This document shows, one piece after another, positions 1-6,373 of a stretch of DNA of 6,373 nucleotides (position 1 is its first letter; each line of letters begins with the position of its first letter). This DNA is from Amoeboradix gromovi X-113 (Eukaryota > Fungi > Sanchytriomycota), in assembly GCA_018985225.1 (NCBI GenBank), contig JADGIF010000583.1, positions 1 through 6,373 on the forward strand, in the 5' to 3' direction. The notes beneath the pieces were generated by a model that saw nothing but the letters and a program-made list of their open reading frames with translations, was not told where the DNA came from and searched no databases. The position numbers and the translations under genes were made by a program.

Positions 1-84
1 TTGCAACTGGGTAAATCTCGTCACTCGCTTTTTACCCCTAGTCTAGTGTTTACAGAGTGTGTCCCAGTTGCAACAAACCAACAA

Positions 85-1155
85 ATGAAAAGTAGGATCT
101 GCATCACCGGAATCGGTGGAATAAGTCCATTGGGAAATGTCAAACAGACGTACTCTCGAATTCTAAAAGAGAATTACGCAATTGAAAAGCTTGAGTTGCT
201 AAAGGGACTTGCTTGTGAAGTTGGAGGAATAATCAATTTAAACACTAAACGACCAAAATTTATTGAGATGGCATCAATAAGCGCCCGCGATGCCCTGCGC
301 GATTGTAAAATTCCAGCTGATGTTCCAAAGCATCGAGTTGGTGTAAGCTGCGCATCAGGATTTGGCGATTTAAATGAAATAGAAAACTCGATAATAAGGC
401 ACAATAATTTTCAGAGGCTATCTCCTTTTACTGTGCCAAACATGCTAATTAACATGGCTGGTGCTCATGTAGCAATTGAAAATGATTTTAGGGGATTGTT
501 AATGTCTCAAAGTACTGCATGTGCTGCATCGCTGCAGTCCATAATAGATGCATACAAAGCCATAAATGATGGAGATGCTGATTACATGCTAGCAGGAGGT
601 TCTGAGGCTTGTATGACTAGATTCGCAGTCGACGCGTTCACCAGAGCTAAAGCAATCACTACAAAGCACAACAACTCTCCACATGATGCTTCTAGACCTT
701 TTGAAGACGATAGATCTGGTTTTGTGCTCAGTGAAGGTGCTGCTTTCGTCTTTCTTGAAAAGGAAAAAAGCGCAAAAGAACGCAATGCCCACATTTATGG
801 TTACATAGAAAGCTATGGGATGTCTTGCGATGCATATCACATCACTACTCCAGGAAACAACGGTGCATATCGCTGCATTGAGAATGCCTTGAATAAAACT
901 AACAATATGCAAATTGATTTGGCAAACTGCCATGCTACATCGACGCTAATTGGAGATGAGGTGGAGAAACAAGCCATTGCCTCTCTCTGCCCTAGTGCTA
1001 GGTTAGTGGCATATAAAAAGTACATTGGGCATTTGCTGGGATCTGCTGGTGTGTTCGAGCTATGCCTCGGCTTACAATCTGAGTTTGAAAACCAGCTTAA
1101 GAATAGTTTCGGATTTGGAGGAGTGAACGCTTGTATTATCGTATCTAAGAAATAA
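85..1155 (+). CDS. CEM1: 3-oxoacyl-[acyl-carrier-protein] synthase (KAS II/FabF-like; probably mitochondrial Cem1/OXSM type), 356 aa
   Basis: N-terminal RICITGIGGISPLG. Catalytic Cys in STACAAS (codon 520-522), His in NCHATST (931-933), His in KKYIGHLLG (1030-1032). Also SRPFEDDRSGFVLSEGA, DAYHIT and C-terminal KNSFGFGGVNA. ATG at 85 preferred over the TTG at 1 because family similarity begins right after it. Orthology to CEM1/OXSM is inferred from the eukaryotic context. Confidence 0.93.
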   Translation: MKSRICITGIGGISPLGNVKQTYSRILKENYAIEKLELLKGLACEVGGIINLNTKRPKFIEMASISARDALRDCKIPADVPKHRVGVSCASGFGDLNEIENSIIRHNNFQRLSPFTVPNMLINMAGAHVAIENDFRGLLMSQSTACAASLQSIIDAYKAINDGDADYMLAGGSEACMTRFAVDAFTRAKAITTKHNNSPHDASRPFEDDRSGFVLSEGAAFVFLEKEKSAKERNAHIYGYIESYGMSCDAYHITTPGNNGAYRCIENALNKTNNMQIDLANCHATSTLIGDEVEKQAIASLCPSARLVAYKKYIGHLLGSAGVFELCLGLQSEFENQLKNSFGFGGVNACIIVSKK

Positions 1156-1191
1156 TAAATTTGACTTTTTTCATCTAAAACATATAAATTC

Positions 1192-4059
1192 ATGTTTAAG
1201 AAGGAATCCATTTTATTTGGTGCACCTCGTAGAATATTGGGATTTGATGAAAAAGAAAACATAATCCATAAAAAGCAAGATATTAGCGCTCTTTTTGCAC
1301 CATTTTCAACTTTTATTAAAGGTCACACTTTGTATTTCAAGTCAAAGAAGACATTATTGCCATGCACACCACACGCAATTACTATGACTGAGACACTAAT
1401 TGTGGTATGCTGTGTTGACCAAATAATAGTTTACAATTACGATTCAGTTTACTTAGACAGTGTCAATATGGATCACTGTAATTATTTAGCAGTTGCAGCC
1501 AAGAATGTGATTGGCATTTATGGCCAGAAAGTATTAAAGCTATTTAAATATGATCACTCTTTAAAGCTGGTTCTTCCTAGTAGAATTGAATCCAGGGACT
1601 ATAAACTAGCATGCTTTGTTCAAGGCCAGTTTATTGCAATATCTGACCATTGCATTGTTGTAATCAAGGATGGTATCAAAGACATCATAATGGATTGTAA
1701 GAACTGGCACAACATTACGCCATTTCTAAACGGATTCCTAATGTCCAGTAATTTCACAATTTCCTCTTTTAGCAATCTAGAACTTTTACAATCCGAACAA
1801 TTTCCCTGCAATATAACTCAGATGGTTTCAAATGTCTTATTAGATAAAGTGGCTGTTCTAGCTGAAGACTTATACATCTTATCTGGTCGTGAACTTCGGT
1901 CTTGGTCTTATTTAAAGATTAAGCCTAGTTTTCATCAAATTCTCGATTTTGACACTTGCGTAATGAAACCAATAATTGCAATTAATTCAATAAATGGCCC
2001 ATTTCTAGTTGATTACGAACACCAATCGTATTTGGGCGTTATAAAATGTCGTAAAATTGCACTTCATGTATCAGGAATGTATTTAATAACTCTCAATGAA
2101 AATATGCTCGAATGCTGGCAGATACATGCCAAAGAATATTTATTACAATGGAAGATAAATGAAGCTATAACAGATGTGTGCATATCAAAAAGTGGGCAGC
2201 ACTTTTTAACTTACAATACAGTCGAGGTAAAGTTATATCAGTTTTGGACCTGCATAATAATGTGGTGCTTTGAACCACCATCAATAGTAAATCAATTCTA
2301 TTTAGATCTTAGCTTCTTAGTGATGCTATTGAATGACAAATCAGTGCTGGTTTATAACGTCATATCAGGTGAACAACAATTGCACAAATATTATGATGTT
2401 ATGCCATCAAGAGTAAAGCTGTCTCACAATTCGCTTGTGGTTTACTTATATGATTCTGTTATTTACAAAAATGAAAGAATAAACGCAACATGTTGGTACA
2501 GCAATGAAGTAATGGGATATGACAAGGGCAAGATACAATTTAATGCATTTACAATTACACCACATTTGTCAAAAGTACGTGATATAGAGTTGGTGCAGGC
2601 TAGTGTAATCTCTACTTCCGATGATGGACATTTATCGGTTTGGACACCAATTGATCAGTCACCAGTTTACACTGAGCAAACGTTTTCAATTGAGTCCGCA
2701 TTGTTAAAAATTAGCTTTGATGTAAATAAGGAAGAATTAATTCAGCAGAATATCCAGAAAACAGCAGAAGATGATCTAGTAAAGTTAAATGATGAATTTG
2801 AGACGAGCAAAATCAATATAGCTGACCTAAACAAGGCTGCAATTAATAAAAATAAACAGTTGCACGATAATGACATAAAATCTTCTATGAAGAGGACCAG
2901 AAGTTATGAAAATACGATCAAGCAGGACAATGAAAGACGCAAACTAGGTTTACGAGATTCCAGGACATTTTACGAAGAACTAAAACAATTCGAACACGAG
3001 ATTACTTCTAAACTAACTGCTAATTTGGAGCTGTTAAATCATGAAATGAAAACTAACGAATTCAAGCATAGCAGTGTGAAATCTGAAAAAGTGGTTAATA
3101 TTCAATCTGATACCAAAATTGTACAGCAAAGGATTAAAGTTAAACACAGTGAGTCTCTGTATGCCGCAGAATGTTTAAGCAAGCATTTTGCCGCTAAAAT
3201 AGCCACAGAGGCTCAAAATTTAGAAAATTTAGAAGTTAATCAGTTGCTCGATTTTGGGTCGGCAAATACTATAATTAGCGATCAATTAAAAGAAGCGACA
3301 TCTAAGTTGAATGGTTCAAAGGGCCTCCTAAAGTCTCTGCAATTAAAAACAAAAGAAATCAAACATCTAAGAAATACAAAATATTCACAGAGGTTATCTG
3401 AACAAAAGAGGATTAAATATTTAAAAAGATCAATACTTAACATTGAAGAGAGTATGAGTAACCAGATGAAAGCTGTAGATTACAAAAAAAAGACGAAATC
3501 AATAATTATTGAGAAAATTGAGGAATTTGAAAAATTTAACTTTGTTGTCAAATCTAACTATAATGAAAACAGAATCCTTCTAGGGCCATTGTTAGATGAA
3601 CACTCGAGTCTTGCGTCTAAACTAGAGAGTCAAAATAAATTATTAAGTAAAACTACAAAGTCGCTAAAATTGTTAGAGTTGAACTATTCGTGGCATACTA
3701 ACTATTTTTTAGCATTGGAAGCCAATTTTAAATCAAGATCAAATGCGCTAGCTAACAAACAGCTTGATCTGAATAACTTCTACGCCAGTCTTGTATATTT
3801 GGAACAAACAAATTTGCAATTTTGGCCAAAATATAAATTACTATGTTTAAATGCATTTGAAAAAGACTTGTTGATAGATGTATCTGACCGCACTGACAAT
3901 AAAGCAGCCCAATTGATATTAGAAAGATTAAATCAAAAAAAAATAGAATTGCTAAAAAAACACGAGTGTAAGCAATCAACGACAACGAAACAAAAAAAAC
4001 ATTTATTGCAATTGTATAATGACCACCAGCTGCTAAACGTCATGACTTGCTCAGAATAA
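1192..4059 (+). CDS. CFAP57: Cilia- and flagella-associated protein 57 (WDR65/FAP57)-like: N-terminal WD40 beta-propellers plus long C-terminal coiled coil, 955 aa, divergent
   Basis: Beta-rich N-terminal ~490 aa with a WD end motif (PHLSKVRDIELVQASVISTSDDGHLSVWT), then a K/E/L/Q-rich helical C-terminus. The segments DTCVMKPIIA, ALHVSG, CISKSGQHF and IEEFEKFNFVV...LLGP match, in order, the CFAP57 motifs as I recall them (DVCIRKPLIA, SLHPSG, SFSNGGHLF, ELEKFKFVL...IEP). Confidence 0.8.
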   Translation: MFKKESILFGAPRRILGFDEKENIIHKKQDISALFAPFSTFIKGHTLYFKSKKTLLPCTPHAITMTETLIVVCCVDQIIVYNYDSVYLDSVNMDHCNYLAVAAKNVIGIYGQKVLKLFKYDHSLKLVLPSRIESRDYKLACFVQGQFIAISDHCIVVIKDGIKDIIMDCKNWHNITPFLNGFLMSSNFTISSFSNLELLQSEQFPCNITQMVSNVLLDKVAVLAEDLYILSGRELRSWSYLKIKPSFHQILDFDTCVMKPIIAINSINGPFLVDYEHQSYLGVIKCRKIALHVSGMYLITLNENMLECWQIHAKEYLLQWKINEAITDVCISKSGQHFLTYNTVEVKLYQFWTCIIMWCFEPPSIVNQFYLDLSFLVMLLNDKSVLVYNVISGEQQLHKYYDVMPSRVKLSHNSLVVYLYDSVIYKNERINATCWYSNEVMGYDKGKIQFNAFTITPHLSKVRDIELVQASVISTSDDGHLSVWTPIDQSPVYTEQTFSIESALLKISFDVNKEELIQQNIQKTAEDDLVKLNDEFETSKINIADLNKAAINKNKQLHDNDIKSSMKRTRSYENTIKQDNERRKLGLRDSRTFYEELKQFEHEITSKLTANLELLNHEMKTNEFKHSSVKSEKVVNIQSDTKIVQQRIKVKHSESLYAAECLSKHFAAKIATEAQNLENLEVNQLLDFGSANTIISDQLKEATSKLNGSKGLLKSLQLKTKEIKHLRNTKYSQRLSEQKRIKYLKRSILNIEESMSNQMKAVDYKKKTKSIIIEKIEEFEKFNFVVKSNYNENRILLGPLLDEHSSLASKLESQNKLLSKTTKSLKLLELNYSWHTNYFLALEANFKSRSNALANKQLDLNNFYASLVYLEQTNLQFWPKYKLLCLNAFEKDLLIDVSDRTDNKAAQLILERLNQKKIELLKKHECKQSTTTKQKKHLLQLYNDHQLLNVMTCSE

Positions 4060-4060
4060 A

Positions 4061-5080
4061 CTAAATATCAATGTTTTTAAACTTCTGTAAAATCAATTCT
4101 TCCAGATGTTTTCCATCACTAAAGTACCGAATCGCTGTTTGGTTTGAGCAAGTAGTCATTTTTCTGGTCAACAAGCTCTCCTGACTTACATGATTTAGTT
4201 CAATCCTATTTATCTGCTTCTGCGTGACATCCCTGATATAAATTGCCTTTATTCTTTTACAATCTGATCCTAATATTTGCAGAATTAATGCGTATATCTC
4301 TATGTCATGCTGTCCATTGTCACCAATTAAAATGAAGTCTTTTTCAGGATAGGAAGATAACAAGTCTACGACATTATGGACCTTATGTGCAAACCTATTA
4401 CTAGATCTAATAAAATTCTTACTACTAGATATAGAATGATATGTTCCCATTGGAAATATCTTGTAAGGGCTAAATGGCTGTATTAGAGGATAGAACATGG
4501 AAAAGAATATGTCAGGCGAAGAGGTGATGTAATGGAAGTCCCACCCTAACTTAGCAAGCTTAGTATACAACGTATCTATTCCTGGTACAATATTATAGCC
4601 TTGTACAATACTCTTGAATCCATTTATTAAATTGTATGCATGTGTAACTATCATGGTATCATCGATATCACTAATCACAGCCATGCCTCGCTGCGGAAAG
4701 CGAATAAGGTAATAAGGTGTTTTATCGGTTATACCATATACAGGTAGCAGCCTCAAATGGTTGTATTCAACTGAGAGCAACATGAAGTTCATTTCTGATA
4801 TTTCAAAATCACACAAATATCGTTGCTGCGATTTATCAAACTTCATCTCATAGTTACATTTGCTGCATCTTATTTGCACTGCGGATTTGGGCTGAGTATA
4901 TCTCAAATTGGATATCAAAAGTTTCAAGGTTTGTCGCCAATCCTTTTTAAAATGCTTGGAATTTCGAAGCAATTGTATTTTATCTTGTTCATATAATCTA
5001 GCATTTATACAACCTTTATAGCATCCTCCTTTCGGGACTAGGTAGGTTGGAAATATAAGTGTGTGAGTGTGGGTATGCAT
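4061..5080 (-). CDS. APP1: App1-family phosphatidate phosphatase (HAD-like, DUF2183/APP1 catalytic domain), 339 aa
   Basis: Catalytic DxDxT motif in VISDIDDT (4655-4669), FHYITSSP, HKVHNVVDLLSSYPEKDFILIGDNGQHDIEIY and RIKAIYIRDV, all typical of App1. N-terminal IFPTY is also App1-like. Confidence 0.9.
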   Translation of the reverse strand: MHTHTHTLIFPTYLVPKGGCYKGCINARLYEQDKIQLLRNSKHFKKDWRQTLKLLISNLRYTQPKSAVQIRCSKCNYEMKFDKSQQRYLCDFEISEMNFMLLSVEYNHLRLLPVYGITDKTPYYLIRFPQRGMAVISDIDDTMIVTHAYNLINGFKSIVQGYNIVPGIDTLYTKLAKLGWDFHYITSSPDIFFSMFYPLIQPFSPYKIFPMGTYHSISSSKNFIRSSNRFAHKVHNVVDLLSSYPEKDFILIGDNGQHDIEIYALILQILGSDCKRIKAIYIRDVTQKQINRIELNHVSQESLLTRKMTTCSNQTAIRYFSDGKHLEELILQKFKNIDI

Positions 5081-5402
5081 TTTAAGATATGTTTCAAAGT
5101 GTAATTTATAAGATTTATTTAGGGCACAATAGAAAACTATTCAATCTCTTATTACAGTGCCGCAAAGAGGAGGAACTGCTGAAGTAAAATTACCATATAG
5201 TGCATAGCCTTTTTTAGGTGTAAACTCGCTATTACGTAACTTTGTAACCTAGAGATCAGGCCAAATGGTTATACAATCTTTTTCTCACAGATGTGTCATT
5301 CATCAATAAGTAATTAAGACTCAATGACCTCTAGATTTGATTTATCGTACAACTTCGGCGTAGCTACTACCTGGACATCGATAAGAGGGTCTCCTGGTTA
5401 AA

Positions 5403-5520
5403 ATTCCTGATTTATGAGAAAATCGAGAATTTCCAAAGAGAAACTAGCAGTGCTAAATGCTCCGTTACAGCGATTGCTCACTCTTGCACTACCCTGAGGC
5501 GGGATTGAGTAAGGACACAG
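5403..5520 (-). ncRNA. Putative omegaRNA (reRNA) scaffold / element right end, copy 1
   Basis: Directly 3' of RuvC-III and conserved with copy 2 (33/40 identical, 5465-5504 vs 6015-6053). Contains AGUGA-GCAA-UCGCU GNRA hairpin (5469-5482), UAGC-ACU-GCUA hairpin (5445-5455) and an 11/13 inverted repeat at 5401-5432. Expression not shown. Confidence 0.55.
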
Positions 5521-5636
5521 ATACTTGATGTACATGTTCCTTGCTGCCATATGATCTCTATCTATCTTCAAATGACAATTGGCACAGGTTCAGGTTTCTA
5601 AATTAGTTTTCTTCAAAGTACATACCTCGTACATGG
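5521..5636 (-). pseudogene. tnpB: TnpB/Fanzor2 C-terminal fragment (zinc finger + RuvC-III), copy 1
   Basis: PCTRY/frameshift near 5620-5624/TLKKTNLET*TCANCHLKIDRDHMAARNMYIKY: CxxC followed by DRDxxAARN, the TnpB/Fanzor RuvC-III signature. In-frame TGA at 5590-5592. The frame stays open to TAA at 5398-5400. Confidence 0.85.
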
Positions 5637-5639
5637 CAT

Positions 5640-5717
5640 CAAATTTCCATGCTTAAGCCAGTTCCTTAACGTTGATGAATGTATGCTGCACCTGCTAGTT
5701 ATTTGTTTAGAATTGAT
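5640..5717 (-). pseudogene. tnpA: N-terminal MerR-like HTH fragment of an IS607-family serine recombinase (TnpA)
   Basis: Translates to INSKQITSRCSIHSSTLRNWLKHGNL, fitting the IS607 TnpA N-terminal pattern [IV]xxxTLRxWxxxGx[IL]. Preceded by an in-frame TAA (5718-5720) with no ATG, and no catalytic YxRVS domain follows. Confidence 0.65.
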
Positions 5718-5759
5718 TTACCACTTGCGAAAAGGAAGAATATCGAGTATTTAAGGTAT

Positions 5760-5865
5760 TGGAGAATTATGGAAAAGTCATGGAATTATACACAAATACA
5801 TACAAATTCGCGATAAATGATTTATTCAAGAAAAAAATCGAGCTGCTGGAAAAGTGTAGAAAAGT
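5760..5865 (-). repeat. Short direct repeats in putative IS607-like left end (candidate TnpA-binding motifs)
   Basis: Plus-strand TGGAAAAGT at 5770-5778 and 5847-5855, TAGAAAAGT at 5857-5865; TGGA at 5760, 5770 and 5781 (10-11 bp spacing); GAATTAT at 5764-5770 and 5783-5789. Confidence 0.45.
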
Positions 5866-5963
5866 TTACTAAAATAAGCCATGTTCATTGTTTTGAAGAG
5901 GGCAGATTGACTGGATAGCTTTTTAGCATTTTGCTTGAGTGTTAAGTTGAGCAGACTAAATTT

Positions 5964-6074
5964 ATTCCCGGCTAATAGAGTTTCCACAAAGAAGTGACCA
6001 AGTCAGCCAATGTTTTACAGCGGTTGCTCGCGCTCCCACTACCTGAGGCAGGACATAGTAGCAACATATAAAAG
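5964..6074 (-). ncRNA. Putative omegaRNA scaffold / element right end, copy 2
   Basis: Direct-repeat homologue of 5403-5520. GCAA loop with residual GCG/CGC stem (6020-6031) and UGAC-UUG-GUCA hairpin (5995-6005). Similarity to copy 1 ends at GGAAT (5964-5968 vs 5403-5407). Confidence 0.5.
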
Positions 6075-6373
6075 TATGTGTCCTTGCTGCTTCATGCTTA
6101 GTATCCGCTTCGAAATGGCAGTTTGTACAGAAATTGGTTTTCTCAAAAGTACAACACATTGCGCGTCTGCTGTTTCTGAAGGTTTCTACCAGACACTTTA
6201 CAGCAGTCGATACTACAAAACAGTCTCTTCGCGTCATGATACGACTACTTGGGTGACTATCTGCAAAGACTCGATGCATCGCCATGTATCAACTGTAAAA
6301 TAGCGGAATAAACGTTACCCAGCGAATAAAATACGAGATTGGTCTCCCCATAGGACCAGAGCTTCTCAATTCA
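6075..6373 (-). pseudogene. tnpB: Degenerate TnpB/Fanzor2 C-terminal half, copy 2 (probably continues beyond the window)
   Basis: One frame reads ISYFIRWVTFIPLFYS*YMAMHRVFADSHPSSRIMTRRDCFVVSTAVKCLVETFRNSRRAMCCTFEKTNFCTNCHFEADTKHEAART. It is nucleotide-homologous to copy 1 (33/50 identical, 6081-6130 vs 5538-5587). It keeps the IS607-TnpB/Fanzor2 landmark order IPxF, SH-x10-C-x11-E, CxxC, AAR. Stop at 6289-6291; DRD decayed to DTK. Confidence 0.75.

Larger units (their letters stand above)
5406..5880 (-). mobile_element. Non-autonomous, internally deleted IS607-like (TnpA + TnpB/Fanzor2) mini-element, copy 1
   Basis: Minus strand, in order: GG (5879-5880), short direct repeats (ACTTTTCYA x3), HTH fragment INSKQITSRCSIHSSTLRNWLKHGNL, TnpB tail TLKKTNLET*TCANCHLKIDRDHMAARNMYIK, hairpin-rich segment homologous to copy 2, GG (5406-5407). 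Internal motifs are seen directly; the exact ends are inferred. Confidence 0.7.

Noticed and set aside
1-84. TTG-initiated 28-aa N-terminal extension of the KAS ORF
   Set aside because: Window-edge call. Homology starts at ATG 85, and yeast Cem1 also begins directly at this motif. An upstream start outside the window cannot be excluded.
174-1262. Minus-strand ORFs 174-404, 582-794, 589-933, 837-1262
   Set aside because: Antisense shadows of the KAS gene with no recognisable motifs.
1620-3985. Minus-strand ORFs 1620-1811 and 3752-3985
   Set aside because: Short antisense ORFs inside CFAP57 with no supporting features.
5362-5380. CTACTACCTGGACATCG as a U1 snRNA 5' end or a third element copy
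   Set aside because: Not the U1 ATACTTACCTG sequence and no recognisable U1 body; the match to copy 2 is only about 8 nt without flanking homology.
5780-5872. 30-aa plus-strand ORF MELYTNTYKFAINDLFKKKIELLEKCRKVY
   Set aside because: Too short, no homology recognised, and lies within the inferred left end.
5403-6153. CRISPR-like array
   Set aside because: Only two long, diverged repeats containing coding remnants; no short identical repeats with regular spacers.
6150-6260. Alternative-frame resemblance to the TnpA catalytic domain (VTQVVVS*R..., LQKQQTRNVL)
   Set aside because: Requires several frameshifts and stops, whereas a single frame fits TnpB landmark spacing.
5590-6291. Alternative genetic code (TGA readthrough, or TAR=Gln as in some aphelids)
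   Set aside because: The three host genes have no internal stops, use TGG for Trp and end in TAA/TAG at plausible positions; the TGAs occur only in relics that also carry frameshifts or deletions.
6010-6303. Plus-strand 97-aa ORF
   Set aside because: Antisense to the TnpB/Fanzor relic; no motif, and not preserved in copy 1.

Overview
AT-rich, intronless, very tightly packed eukaryotic DNA, most likely from a zoosporic (flagellated) fungus or relative. Three host genes: a shortened beta-ketoacyl-ACP synthase of the mitochondrial Cem1/OXSM (FabF) type (85-1155, +), a divergent cilia/flagella protein CFAP57/WDR65 (1192-4059, +) and an App1-family phosphatidate phosphatase (4061-5080, -). The last ~1 kb looks intergenic but holds two same-orientation (minus-strand) relics of an IS607-like TnpB/Fanzor2 element. 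Copy 1 (~5406-5880) looks like a ~475-bp internally deleted mini-element: a GG-bounded left end with short direct repeats, an IS607 TnpA-type HTH fragment joined to the TnpB zinc-finger/RuvC-III tail (CANC...IDRDHMAARN), and a structured right end. Copy 2 (~5964 to the window edge) is a more decayed, largely in-frame Fanzor2-like C-terminal half. The two share a conserved, structured omegaRNA-like right end followed by different flanks (candidate guides). All assignments come from motif recognition by eye; no searches were run.
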